Positions 46,593-56,440 of a DNA stretch of 64,000 bases are shown here, piece after piece. Position numbers and translations under genes: made by a program. A model generated the notes under the pieces. It saw nothing but the letters and a program-made list of their open reading frames with translations. It had not been told where the DNA came from and made no database searches. Each line of letters opens with the position of its first letter. Position 1 is the first letter of the stretch. The DNA lies in contig CAZWCX010000022.1 in the NCBI GenBank assembly GCA_964632945.1, positions 1-64,000 on the forward strand, in the 5' to 3' direction. This stretch comes from an uncultured Planctomycetia bacterium (GTDB taxonomy: Bacteria; Planctomycetota; MHYJ01; WSZJ01; CAZWCX01).

Positions 46593-48485
46593 CTATCTTC
46601 CGGGCTTCGACATCTCCTGCTTCAGCCACTCGATCCCTTCCCTGGCGCCCGGGTACTGCGGATTGAGGCTCAAGACCTTCTGAAACGCCTCCATCGCCTC
46701 GGCGTGCCGACCCATCACGCCCAGGGACGCCCCCAGGTAGTAGTGCGTTTCCGGCTGATCCGGGGCGAATTTCACCGCCAGCTTGAGGTGGGTCAACCCC
46801 TCGTCGAGCCGTTTCTTGCGCGACAGCAGGATGCCGATCCACATGTGCGCCTCGGAGTGGTCGACGGCCAGTTCCACGACCTTGCGGTAGGCGGCGATCG
46901 CCCGATCCGCCTCCCCCTTGTCGCGGTACAGGGTGCCCAGGTTGAAGTGCGCCTCCGCGGAGTTCGGCGCCAGTTCACGCGACTTGAGGAAGTGTTGCTC
47001 GGCTTGGGCATGGTCGCGCCGGATGAGGAAGAGCATGCCCAAGTGCTCGTGGAGCAGGGGCTCCTTCGGGTCCACGGACAATCCGCGTCGCAGCATCTCC
47101 ATCGCCTGCTCGGTCTTCTGCTGGGCCGCGAGGACGGCGCCCATGCCGAGGAGGATCAGAGGATCTTTGGGATCGCCGGCGAGGGCCTCTTCGTAGAAGC
47201 GCAGGGCCTGGTCGAGTTCCCCGTCCACGTAGAGTTTGTCGGCGAGGGGGCGAATCGGCGTGATCAGCCGGGGCCGGTGCCAGCGACCCGGAAAGGGCAG
47301 GGAGTGCGCCATCCGCTGCGCGTCGTCGTCGTCCAGGTGATTCACGTCGTCGAGGAGGATGTCCACCTCCACCGGGCCGTGGTAGACGGCGGCGATGCGA
47401 CCCGCGCGGTCGAGCAGCAGACTGGTGGGTAGCACCAGCGCGCGCAATCGACCGTTCAGCTGATTGACGACCGCCTCGAGACGGTCGACGGCCTCGGAGC
47501 GAGCGAAGCCGCTGGGAAACGGAAACGCGATGTCGCGCAAGAAGCGACGCGCGCGCTCCAGGTCGTTGCCCTTCATCTCCCGGGCGGCCTCGATGTTGAG
47601 GGCGAGGATCTCTACGCCTGCTGCGCGCAGGCGATCGGCGTGTTTCGTGAAGTCGCGCAACTCGGCGTTGCAGGCCCGGCAGCCGCTGCCCCAGAGGTTG
47701 ATCAGGCGGACCTTGCCCTGGTTGAGGCGGGCGTCGGCGCGGCGTCCATCCGAGGTCTCGTAGGGCAGGTCGGGGGTCGGCACCCGCGCGGCCAGAAAGC
47801 CGCGCGACGAGGAGGATTCCCGCGGCGGGTGGAGCGGGGAGGCCGCCAGGTTCACCGACCGCGCCGGCGCTATCCACGGCTCGGCCTTTCCGGATCCCTG
47901 GACGACGGTCCAGCGGGCGTTGGGTCGGATGCCGGCGATCGCCTCCGCGGCGGCGGCGCCCGGCCAACGCACGGCGACTTTCGTGATCGCGGCGCCCTGG
48001 GGCAGGCCGACGTGCACCCACTTGCTCGACTGCGCCAGGTACCCCTCGCCCGCCCGGACGGCCCGCACGAGCGGAGGCAGGGGTTGTCCGCGTCCGTCGA
48101 CCGCATGCACCGTCACCCGCGCCCCCACCGCGTCCCGATTGCCCCCGGTCCCCTGCAGCCGCAAGGCCACATATCCGTTACCGGACGGGATGTCGTTGCG
48201 CATTACGCGCAGGCAGGGTCCCGACCGGTTGGCGATCCAGAAATCGAGGTCCCCGTCCTGGTCCCAGTCGACGACCCCCAGGGCCCGCGCGTCATCGTCG
48301 AAATCGAGTCCGCTCACCGCGGAGACGTCGGCGAATCGGGGTGCGCCGGTATTGAGGAAACAGACGTTGCGCTCGTGGCCGCTGAAGGAACGGCCGCCGA
48401 GCAACATCGAGTACCCCTGCATGATCTGGGTCGAAGCGCCGGCGGTGGGGACGTCTTCCAGGGATTGGGTCTTGCGTTGCGACAA
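46593..48485 (-). CDS. C-terminal portion of CRTAC1-like protein: ASPIC/UnbV domain + TlpA-like thioredoxin-fold domain + TPR repeats (begins at TTG immediately after in-frame TGA)
   Basis: ASPIC/UnbV signature (…GTGGNRDAVGARVTVHAVDG…GEGYLAQSS…), CxxC redoxin motif (LINLWGSGCRAC), then TPR. It is in the same frame as ORF 48507..50996 and separated from it only by a TGA plus 7 sense codons. Confidence 0.6.
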   Translation of the reverse strand: MSQRKTQSLEDVPTAGASTQIMQGYSMLLGGRSFSGHERNVCFLNTGAPRFADVSAVSGLDFDDDARALGVVDWDQDGDLDFWIANRSGPCLRVMRNDIPSGNGYVALRLQGTGGNRDAVGARVTVHAVDGRGQPLPPLVRAVRAGEGYLAQSSKWVHVGLPQGAAITKVAVRWPGAAAAEAIAGIRPNARWTVVQGSGKAEPWIAPARSVNLAASPLHPPRESSSSRGFLAARVPTPDLPYETSDGRRADARLNQGKVRLINLWGSGCRACNAELRDFTKHADRLRAAGVEILALNIEAAREMKGNDLERARRFLRDIAFPFPSGFARSEAVDRLEAVVNQLNGRLRALVLPTSLLLDRAGRIAAVYHGPVEVDILLDDVNHLDDDDAQRMAHSLPFPGRWHRPRLITPIRPLADKLYVDGELDQALRFYEEALAGDPKDPLILLGMGAVLAAQQKTEQAMEMLRRGLSVDPKEPLLHEHLGMLFLIRRDHAQAEQHFLKSRELAPNSAEAHFNLGTLYRDKGEADRAIAAYRKVVELAVDHSEAHMWIGILLSRKKRLDEGLTHLKLAVKFAPDQPETHYYLGASLGVMGRHAEAMEAFQKVLSLNPQYPGAREGIEWLKQEMSKPGR

Positions 48486-48506
48486 ACCTTGCCGCCAGAA
48501 GTAGCT

Positions 48507-50996
48507 TCACAAGTCCGCCGGGTCTTCCATGGTCAGGTACCCGTTGGCCACGAGCAGGTCTTCCCAGCCGTCGTTGTTGAGGTCGGCGAAATTGGAGCCC
48601 CAGGCCCATCGCCCCATTTCCACGGCGGCCTCGGCGCTCACCTCTTCGAAGCGGCCGTCGCCGTGGTTGCGCAGGAGGGTGTTTCCCTTGGCAAACCGTT
48701 GCCAGCGGCGCTTGGTCCCCGGGTCCTCGAAGGGTCGGAACTTCTCGTTGTAGGTTACCCTCCCGCCGGCGGACGACCACATGTTCGCGACGTAGATGTC
48801 GAAGCGACCGTCCCGGTCGAAGTCGCCCCAGTGGGCGGACATGCCCGAGCCGAAGTCCTCGGCCCCCGCCGCGCGTCCGACATCCACGAATTTCCCGCCA
48901 TCGTTGCGCCACAGGTTGTTCGGACCGTAATCGTTGGCCACGTAGAGGTCGGGGTCGCCGTCGTCGTCGAAATCCTCCCAGCAGGCCGCCAGGCTGTGCC
49001 GCCGATTGTCCGCCTCGAGCCCGCACTCGGCGGTCACGTCGGTGAAGGTCCAACCGCCGTCGTTGCGGAACAAATGGTTCGGTCCTCCGTCGGTGGCATC
49101 ATGGTAGACGAACGTCCCGGTTGTGATCTGGGGCTTGCCCACCTGCCAACCATCGTTGACGCACACGAACAGGTCGAGGTCGCCGTCCAGATCGTAGTCC
49201 GCGGCGCACATCGATTGCGTATCGGGGTTGGCTTTGACCGATGCCGCGATGCGGAAGCGTCCGGAACCGTCGTTTTCGAGCACGAGCAGGCATTCGAGCA
49301 TGGCCAGGGCGAGATCCTGGTCGCCGTCGCCGTCGAGGTCGAGGAACAAGGCGCTGGAGGTGAGATCGAGGAAATCGATGCCGGCCTCCGAGGACCGGTC
49401 GGTCACGGTGCCGTCGGGGTTCTGCACGAACAAGCGGTTGGGCAGCCCGGACGGTTGGCAGACGTACACGTCTTCGAGACCGTCTCCGTTCGCGTCCCCG
49501 ATGGCGAGTCCGCAGCGCGAGAAGATCTGGAACCCGACCGCCGACTCCACCCGGGTCCACCAGTGATTGTACCCGTGCATCAGGTGCTCGTCGAAGGCGC
49601 GGTTTCCCTTGAGCACCCCGAGGGTGATGTCGGAGAACCAGTCACCCTGTGCGGTGCGGCTCTCGATCTCCTCGTAATCCGGGACGCCGATCCAGGCGAC
49701 GAGCGGGGTGGTGGCGTCGGGACCGGCGACCCAGCGGACCTGCCAGATCGAGTTCACCTGGGTGGAGCCGGAAGCGGTGCGGCCGTAGATCTGGAAATCG
49801 ACGAGGGTATCCGTATGGCCTTGCCCGGGGACGACCCGGTAGATCTTGAACTTGTGGCGGATCGACGAGGCCCCGGCCACGATTTGGCCCTGGCGGGCGA
49901 GCGCCTCGCGCAACCCCTCCGGCCCGCGCAGGGGATCCAGATCGGGTTGAGCGGGGAACTCGCTTGGCCCGACCGAGCGGCGTACGACGGCGAAGGCATC
50001 GGTGTACGCGGTCTGCAGCGGTTCCGGCCGGAGTCCGGCGGTGTGGAAAGACGGGGTGGCGAGGCGGGACAAATCGAGGCCCGCCCGTGCGGCCGGGTCG
50101 GGGATGGTTTTGGCGAGCCGGTCCAGTTGGGCCTTCGCATGTTCGGCAAAGACCTCGGTGTCCCAGCCGTCCTTGCTGGGGTCGTCGATCTGCTCCGCGG
50201 GCAGGATGAGGCGGCTGGCGATCCGGTCGGTCGCGTTACGATCCGACCCGTCGGCCTGGGGCGCGGGATTCGCGGGGGGGCCGCCGCGCGCCGGGGGGGC
50301 GTGATTTCCGGGACGGGCGGCCGGGACTTCCTGGGGTGGGGTGTTCTGACTCACCCGGCGGTCGCGCGCGACGGGGTTCGACTTTCCCCCGAAGGCCGAT
50401 CCGTCCGGGGCGGTCCCCGGTCCCGGGCCGGGCAAGGCGCCGGTTTTCTTGAAGATGCTGTGGCTCACCCCGAAGAAAAGGATCAAGGCGGCCAGGAACG
50501 CGAGGATCGCCACCAGGGCCCAGGGGCTGACGTTGTCGCCGGCCGTCGTTCCGGCCGGAACGGGATCCAGGCGAAGCGGCACGTTCGGCGCAGGGGCGGT
50601 GGGAGGGCGAAGGGGGGGCGTCGCAGCCGGCGGTGCGGGCGCTGCGGAGGGCTGCGCCGGGGCCGGAGCGATGGCGGAAGAGGGTGGAGTCGCCGGCGCC
50701 GCGGGCGGGCGGTCGGCGGCCGGAAGGGCCGTGGCCGCGGGGGACACGGGCGGGGGCGTACGGATTTCGGGGGCCGGAGCGGTCGGCGCGGGAGTCGCGG
50801 CGGCGACCGGCGGGGCGGCCGCAGGGGCCGCGGGGACGGGGGCCCCGGTCGTGGGGGCGGGAACGAGCGAGGGGATCGGCGCGTCGTCTCGGGCGTGGAT
50901 CGGGGGTTGCATGGAGTCGGGCTTTGAGACGGCCCCCGGCGGCGCCGGATTCGGTTCGCCCTGGCCCTTGTTCTTCTTCTTGTTCTTTTTGCCCAT
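48507..50996 (-). CDS. N-terminal portion of CRTAC1-like membrane-anchored protein: Lys-rich N-terminus, Pro/Ala-rich region, TM helix, FG-GAP/VCBS repeats; terminated by TGA
   Basis: GGGAGGAG RBS; MGKKNKKKNKG…; Pro/Ala-rich low-complexity region; TM helix (WALVAILAFLAALILFFGV); repeated …D.DGD.D… FG-GAP-like calcium-binding motifs. Confidence 0.65.
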   Translation of the reverse strand: MGKKNKKKNKGQGEPNPAPPGAVSKPDSMQPPIHARDDAPIPSLVPAPTTGAPVPAAPAAAPPVAAATPAPTAPAPEIRTPPPVSPAATALPAADRPPAAPATPPSSAIAPAPAQPSAAPAPPAATPPLRPPTAPAPNVPLRLDPVPAGTTAGDNVSPWALVAILAFLAALILFFGVSHSIFKKTGALPGPGPGTAPDGSAFGGKSNPVARDRRVSQNTPPQEVPAARPGNHAPPARGGPPANPAPQADGSDRNATDRIASRLILPAEQIDDPSKDGWDTEVFAEHAKAQLDRLAKTIPDPAARAGLDLSRLATPSFHTAGLRPEPLQTAYTDAFAVVRRSVGPSEFPAQPDLDPLRGPEGLREALARQGQIVAGASSIRHKFKIYRVVPGQGHTDTLVDFQIYGRTASGSTQVNSIWQVRWVAGPDATTPLVAWIGVPDYEEIESRTAQGDWFSDITLGVLKGNRAFDEHLMHGYNHWWTRVESAVGFQIFSRCGLAIGDANGDGLEDVYVCQPSGLPNRLFVQNPDGTVTDRSSEAGIDFLDLTSSALFLDLDGDGDQDLALAMLECLLVLENDGSGRFRIAASVKANPDTQSMCAADYDLDGDLDLFVCVNDGWQVGKPQITTGTFVYHDATDGGPNHLFRNDGGWTFTDVTAECGLEADNRRHSLAACWEDFDDDGDPDLYVANDYGPNNLWRNDGGKFVDVGRAAGAEDFGSGMSAHWGDFDRDGRFDIYVANMWSSAGGRVTYNEKFRPFEDPGTKRRWQRFAKGNTLLRNHGDGRFEEVSAEAAVEMGRWAWGSNFADLNNDGWEDLLVANGYLTMEDPADL

Positions 50997-51101
50997 GGAC
51001 TCCTCCCAGCCGTCAGGTCAGGACCGGATCACGCGACGGGACCGCCCCCCGAGGAACCGCCGCTCGACCCGGCGAGACGGCGGCCTCCCCGCGACGCAAC
51101 A

Positions 51102-52010
51102 CTAGATTTTGGCGAAACCGGGCGGCCGGGGCAGATGCGAGGCGGCCTCGACCATCTCCGGGACCATCGACTTGGCCGTCTTTCCCTGCCCCTTCGGCAC
51201 GGCCACCTTCTTGCGATCGAGCCGCGACAGGAACGCGGTGCGGAGCACGAGCATGGGGACTTCGCTCCCGCGCAGGATCTCCTCGGCGACGCTGCCGAAG
51301 CGGACGCGGTCGAGTCCCGTCCGTCCGTGGGTGGTCAGCGCGATCAGGCCCGCGCCCGATTTCCGGGCGGTTTCCAACACCTGTTTCACCGGATCGCCGG
51401 CGACCTTCTCCAAGGTCGCCTCGATGCCGAGGGAGACCAAGGTCTTTTTCGCGCTTTCCAGGTTCTCCGCCGCGAGGGACTCGGGGACCGGGGCGGGGGT
51501 GACGTGCAGGAGCGATACCTTGGCCGCGAGCGCCTTCGCCAGGTCCCCGACCAGGGGGAGGATTTTCGACGACCGATTGGAGCCGTCGAGCGGGATGAGG
51601 ATCCGCTTGGGCGGCTTCGGGTCCACGTGCGGGCGGGCGAGGTAGAGCGGCAATCGCGACTTCCGCAGCAATTCCTCCGCGGCGCTGCCGTACAGGAGTC
51701 GTTTGATCCCGGCGCGTCCGTGCGTCACCAGCGCGATCAGGTCGTAGTTGCGGAACATGGAGAGCGCCAGCAACTGGCGCTGCGGGTTCCCTTTCAGCAG
51801 CGCGGCATCGACATTCTCGAACCGGTCCTGCACCCGGATCTGCAATTCCGCCAGGTAGGACCTCCCTCCGGCGATCGCGGCCGCGTTTCGGTCCGCCACG
51901 TGCGCCAGGTGGACGGCGGCGTTGCACACCCGGGCGAGCGTTTCGACGTGGGCGAGGATCTTCTCGGAGGTCTGCGACCCGTCCAGGGGCACGAGGATGT
52001 TGCGGAACAT
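51102..52010 (-). CDS. Tandem universal stress protein (UspA x2)
   Basis: Two Usp domains: MFRNILVPLDGS…LVTHGRAGIKRLLYGSAAEELL and ILIPLDGS…LTTHGRTGLDRVRFGSVAEEIL. Confidence 0.85.
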   Translation of the reverse strand: MFRNILVPLDGSQTSEKILAHVETLARVCNAAVHLAHVADRNAAAIAGGRSYLAELQIRVQDRFENVDAALLKGNPQRQLLALSMFRNYDLIALVTHGRAGIKRLLYGSAAEELLRKSRLPLYLARPHVDPKPPKRILIPLDGSNRSSKILPLVGDLAKALAAKVSLLHVTPAPVPESLAAENLESAKKTLVSLGIEATLEKVAGDPVKQVLETARKSGAGLIALTTHGRTGLDRVRFGSVAEEILRGSEVPMLVLRTAFLSRLDRKKVAVPKGQGKTAKSMVPEMVEAASHLPRPPGFAKI

Positions 52011-52156
52011 CGAGAACTCCTGATGTTGGTCTTGAAGGACGAACCCGGTGTACCATTATGGACAGGGGGACTGCCCGGATCAACCCAATCTTGGTGCGGT
52101 GAAATTGCCTCCCCGGCATCGGGCGCCGGTGCTACACTCCGCGCGGGAGCGACAAA

Positions 52157-53734
52157 ATGGACTGGGACTACCTGATCATCGGCTCGGGATTCGGGGGCAG
52201 CGTGAGCGCTCTCCGCCTGGCGGAGAAAGGCTGGCGCGTCCTGACGCTCGAGAAGGGGCGCCGGTTCTCGCCGGAGGACTTCCCGCGCACGAACTGGGAC
52301 CTCCGGCGGTGGATGTGGCTGCCGCGCCTGGGGCTGCGCGGGCTGTTCCAAATGACTTTCTTCCGGCACGTCACGGTCCTTTCGGGCGTCGGCGTGGGCG
52401 GGGGGTCGCTCGTCTACGCCAACACGCTGCCGGTGCCGAAGGATTCGTTCTTCGCCGCGTCGACCTGGGGGCGGTTGGCGGACTGGAAGCGCGAGCTGGC
52501 GCCGCACTACGCGACCGCGTTGCGCATGCTGGGAGCGACGAAGAATCCGCTCCGCACGCCGGCCGACGAGGTCCTCCGCGACGTCGCGCGCGAGATCGGG
52601 CGGGAGGACCAGCATCATCCGACCGAGGTCGGGGTCTTCTTCGGGGAGCCCGGGCGCACGGTCGCGGATCCGTATTTCGGCGGAGAGGGGCCGGCGCGCA
52701 CAGGGTGCATCGCCTGCGGCGGCTGCATGCTCGGTTGCCGTCATGGGGCGAAGAACACGCTCGACCGGAATTACCTCTACCTGGCCGAGAAACGCGGCCT
52801 GGTGATCCAGCCGGAGACCGAAGCCACCTGGGTAAGGCCCCTTCCCGGGGGCGGGTTCGCGGTCGAGGCCCTGGAAGGGCTGCTCCCCGGGCCGCGGCGA
52901 CGCCGCCGATTCACGGCGCGAAACGTCGTCTTCTCCGGCGGCGTGCTCGGCACGGTCCCGCTCCTCCTGCGCTTGCGGGAGAGCCCGCAGGGCCTGCCCG
53001 CCCTCTCGCCGCGCGTCGGCTCGTTCGTGCGCACCAACTCGGAAGCCCTCATCGGCGTGGTCTCCCGGCGCCCCGAGATCGACTTGTCGAAAGGCATTTC
53101 GATCACCTCGATCCTCCACACGGATTCGCATTCCCACATCGAGCCGGTCCGCTATCCGGAAGGTTCGGACTTCTTCCGCGTGCTGGCATGGCCATCGGTC
53201 GACGGCGGCGGAATGTTCGCGCGGCTTCGCAAGGTGGTCGCCGAGTGCATCCGCAACCCCCGTCGGGTGTGGGATGCGGTGCGCGTTCCCGCCTGGGCGA
53301 AGCAGACGCTGATCCTCCTCTACATGCGCACGCTGGAGGGTTGCCTGCGCATGCGCCTCGGCCGGTCCGCGTACACGGGGTTCGCGCGCGGCGTCGTCAC
53401 CGACCTGGAAGACGGTCCGCCGCCGAGCGCCTTCATGCCGGAAGCGACCGACCTCGCCGCCCGCGTGGCCCGGCGGATCGATGGACTGCCGACCACGCTC
53501 GTGACCGAGACCGTCCTCGGCGTGCCGAGCACCGCGCACATTCTCGGCGGAGCCTGCATGGGGGCCAACCCCTCGGAAGGCGTGATCGACCACCGCCATC
53601 GCGTCTTCGGATATGACGGCCTCTACGTGCTCGACGGTTCCGCGGTATCCGCGAATCCGGGCGTCAATCCGTCGCTGACGATCACCGCGATGGCGGAGCG
53701 GGCGATGTCGTTCATCCCGGCGAAGGGACACTGA
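52157..53734 (+). CDS. GMC family FAD-dependent oxidoreductase (cholesterol-oxidase-like)
   Basis: N-terminal FAD motif DYLIIGSGFGGSVSALRLAEKG and the C-terminal GMC region (…HILGGACMG…). Confidence 0.8.
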   Translation: MDWDYLIIGSGFGGSVSALRLAEKGWRVLTLEKGRRFSPEDFPRTNWDLRRWMWLPRLGLRGLFQMTFFRHVTVLSGVGVGGGSLVYANTLPVPKDSFFAASTWGRLADWKRELAPHYATALRMLGATKNPLRTPADEVLRDVAREIGREDQHHPTEVGVFFGEPGRTVADPYFGGEGPARTGCIACGGCMLGCRHGAKNTLDRNYLYLAEKRGLVIQPETEATWVRPLPGGGFAVEALEGLLPGPRRRRRFTARNVVFSGGVLGTVPLLLRLRESPQGLPALSPRVGSFVRTNSEALIGVVSRRPEIDLSKGISITSILHTDSHSHIEPVRYPEGSDFFRVLAWPSVDGGGMFARLRKVVAECIRNPRRVWDAVRVPAWAKQTLILLYMRTLEGCLRMRLGRSAYTGFARGVVTDLEDGPPPSAFMPEATDLAARVARRIDGLPTTLVTETVLGVPSTAHILGGACMGANPSEGVIDHRHRVFGYDGLYVLDGSAVSANPGVNPSLTITAMAERAMSFIPAKGH

Positions 53735-53759
53735 CGCCCGGCCGACCGGAGGGACGGCC

Positions 53760-55334
53760 ATGGACCCGATGCCGCGCGCGCGCGCCGCCTGGACGGCCTT
53801 CACCCATCGGCCGCCGGGCTGCGATTCCCACTGGCTCACCCGCACGATGCTCCTGCGCCTGTTCGGCTTCGTCTACTTCGTCGCCTTCCTCTCGCTGGCG
53901 CACCAGGTCCTGCCGCTGCTCGGCAGCGACGGCCTGCTCCCGGTGGAGCAGAGATTCGAGCGCTGGCGCGCGCACTTCGGGGACGACCTGCGCCGGTTCG
54001 CCGAGGTCCCGTCGATCTTCTGGTTCGACCACTCCGACGGCTTCCTCCTCGGGATGGCGTGGACCGGGGTCGCGCTCTCGCTGCCGGTGATGGCGGGGTA
54101 CGCCAACGTCCCGTGGATGACCGTCCTGTGGGCGCTCTACCTGTCCTTCGTCCACGTCGGCCAGGCCTGGTTCGCATTCGGCTGGGAACTCCAGATGTCC
54201 GAGACCGGCTTCCTGGCCATCTTTCTCGTGCCGCTGCTCGATCCGCGTCCGTTCCCCGCCCGCCCGCCCCCGGTGCAGGTGATCTGGCTCTACCGCTGGC
54301 TGATCGCGCGCATGATGCTGGGGGCCGGCCTGATCAAGCTGCGCGGCGACGATTGCTGGGTCGAGCTCACCTGCCTGTGCACGCACTACGAAACGCAACC
54401 GATCCCGAATCCGATCAGCCGCGTGCTGCACGCCATGCCGGTCTGGTTCCACCAGCTCGGCTGCGCCTTCAACCACGTCGTGGAACTGATCGTCCCGTTC
54501 TTTGCATTCGGTCCGCCGCGGGCGCGGCGGGTCGCCGGGATCCTGTTCCTGGTCTTCCAGTTTCTTTTGCTGGGCAGCGGGAATCTCTCGTTCCTGAACG
54601 TGCTCACCATGGTGCCGGCACTCGCCTGCCTCGACGACGGCATGTGGCGAAGGTTGGTTCCGGCGCGCTGGAGCGCAGCGGCGGAGCGCGCGGCCGAGGG
54701 GGCGCGCGCGACGGCGGCCCAGCGCATCGCCGCCTGGACCGTGACCGGCCTGGTCGCCTTCCTCAGCCTTCCGCCCGTGGCCAACCTGATCGCACCCGAC
54801 CAGATCATGAATCTCTCGTTCAACTCCCTCTACCTGGTCAATTCGTACGGCGCGTTCGGCGCGGTGGATTCGGAGCGGATCGAGCTCGTGGTGCAAGGCA
54901 CGACCGACGAGGCCCCCGGCCCGGACACGGTCTGGCGCGAATACGAGTTCAAGGCGAAGCCGACGGACCTGCGGCGTCGTCCCCCCTTCGTCGCCCCGTA
55001 TCACTACCGGCTCGATTGGCTGGTCTGGTTCGCGCACCGGGGGCCCCCGGAACGCCATCCCTGGCTGGTCCACCTGGTCTGGAAGCTGCTTCACAACGAT
55101 CCGGGCGCGCTGGGGCTGCTCGCGGGAAATCCCTTCCCGGAGGCGCCGCCGCGGTGGATCCGCGTGGAGCGGTATGTCTACCGGTTCACGCCCCTCGGGG
55201 CCGGAGCGTACTGGTCGCGGACCCGGCGGGGGGCCTGGCTGAAGCCGGTGTCGAACGACGACTTCGACCTGCTCCTCTTCCTGAGCGACCGCGGCTGGCA
55301 TCCCGACCAGGTGGCGGAGCGGAAGAAGCGCTGA
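53760..55334 (+). CDS. Lipase maturation factor (LMF1-like) family membrane protein
   Basis: GGAGGGA RBS. Polytopic N-terminal half plus a conserved C-terminal region (…YEFKAKPTDLRRRPPFVAPYHYRLDWLVWFA…) typical of the LMF family. Confidence 0.65.
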   Translation: MDPMPRARAAWTAFTHRPPGCDSHWLTRTMLLRLFGFVYFVAFLSLAHQVLPLLGSDGLLPVEQRFERWRAHFGDDLRRFAEVPSIFWFDHSDGFLLGMAWTGVALSLPVMAGYANVPWMTVLWALYLSFVHVGQAWFAFGWELQMSETGFLAIFLVPLLDPRPFPARPPPVQVIWLYRWLIARMMLGAGLIKLRGDDCWVELTCLCTHYETQPIPNPISRVLHAMPVWFHQLGCAFNHVVELIVPFFAFGPPRARRVAGILFLVFQFLLLGSGNLSFLNVLTMVPALACLDDGMWRRLVPARWSAAAERAAEGARATAAQRIAAWTVTGLVAFLSLPPVANLIAPDQIMNLSFNSLYLVNSYGAFGAVDSERIELVVQGTTDEAPGPDTVWREYEFKAKPTDLRRRPPFVAPYHYRLDWLVWFAHRGPPERHPWLVHLVWKLLHNDPGALGLLAGNPFPEAPPRWIRVERYVYRFTPLGAGAYWSRTRRGAWLKPVSNDDFDLLLFLSDRGWHPDQVAERKKR

Positions 55335-55373
55335 CGCGGAGGGGCGGGGCGCGCCCCGACCGGATCGGGTCCG

Positions 55374-55748
55374 TCAGGTCCGCGCTCCCGCCTCGCCCGC
55401 GGCGATCCGCTCCCGGAACCACGCGCAGACCGTGTCCCGTTCCACGGCCATCGACCAGACGAGCACGGCGTACTGGGGGATCGCGATCACGGCGTCGAGG
55501 TAGAAGAGCTCGAGGTCGGTGCGGATGAAGACCAGGCCCGGCGTGAGCAGGGCGGTGGCCCAGAAGACGACCCAGCGGACCCGGACCGGGGGCTTTCCCG
55601 CGCGGGCCCGCGCGGTGCCGGCCATGCGGAGGACGGCGACGATCAGCAGGAGATCGGCGCCGCTCCAGGCGATGGCCAGCGCCTTCAGCCAGGGGAGCCC
55701 GACGTCATGGTCGAACCCCTCGGCGATCTGGAGCAGCAGGGACTCCAT
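55374..55748 (-). CDS. Small hypothetical membrane protein (124 aa)
   Basis: AGGAG RBS that includes the TAG stop of the upstream gene. Three predicted TM helices. Confidence 0.45.
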   Translation of the reverse strand: MESLLLQIAEGFDHDVGLPWLKALAIAWSGADLLLIVAVLRMAGTARARAGKPPVRVRWVVFWATALLTPGLVFIRTDLELFYLDAVIAIPQYAVLVWSMAVERDTVCAWFRERIAAGEAGART

Positions 55749-55758
55749 GGGGCGTCTC

Positions 55759-56322
55759 CTAACCCTGGCGGACCAGCCGGCGCCAGGCGCGGACGGCGAA
55801 GATGGCGAGCAGCCACTCGAGGATCACGCAGAGGGCGCAGGCGATGCGGCAATAGAAGGCGGACAGGTTTCCGATCTCGTCTTCCCCGAGGCCGTGGCGA
55901 TCGACGAGCCGGACGGTGGCGGCGAGGTAGATCCCGTACAGGAGAAAGGACCCGCCCACGAGCAGGGCGCCCATCACGCGCAGCACCATCGGAGGGGCGT
56001 GGTCGTCCCCGCGCAGCAGGCCGTCCAGGCGCACGAGATAGACCAGGATGATTTGCTCGACGGCGACGATGAGGGTCGCCACCAGGTTCCACAATCCCCA
56101 GGTGAACAGGTGCCGGCGATGGCCCGGCAGGGCGTCGAGCCGGTCCCCGAGCGCCGCTTCTCCGCCCAGGACCAGCGCGGAAAGCGTCGCGGCGCCGACG
56201 GCGCAGAGCAGCCAGGCGGGTCGTTGCGACCGGTCGCTCCCCTCCACCCGCGTCAGCCAGGCGCGCGCCTGCAGGAGGAGCACGACCTCCGCGAAGAGGC
56301 AGGTGAGCCAGATGGAGCGCAT
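55759..56322 (-). CDS. Hypothetical 4-TM membrane protein
   Basis: Start at MRSIWLT with a GGAGAG RBS; translationally coupled to the downstream small membrane protein. Confidence 0.45.
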   Translation of the reverse strand: MRSIWLTCLFAEVVLLLQARAWLTRVEGSDRSQRPAWLLCAVGAATLSALVLGGEAALGDRLDALPGHRRHLFTWGLWNLVATLIVAVEQIILVYLVRLDGLLRGDDHAPPMVLRVMGALLVGGSFLLYGIYLAATVRLVDRHGLGEDEIGNLSAFYCRIACALCVILEWLLAIFAVRAWRRLVRQG

Positions 56323-56440
56323 GAGAAACTCTCCGTCCACCCGATTCGATCCTCCCATGCGGTTCGGAGGCGGGAACCCGGGATCGGAATCCCGTCCCGC
56401 GGGAAGTCCGCGAACCGGCCGGCCGTCCCCGATTCGCGCG

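Noticed and set aside
48486-48509. Interpreting the in-frame TGA in the CRTAC1-like gene as selenocysteine
   Set aside because: I saw no convincing SECIS-like hairpin immediately 3' of the TGA, and the position is not a redox-active site; the CxxC is ~300 residues downstream. It is kept as a low-probability alternative in the finding.
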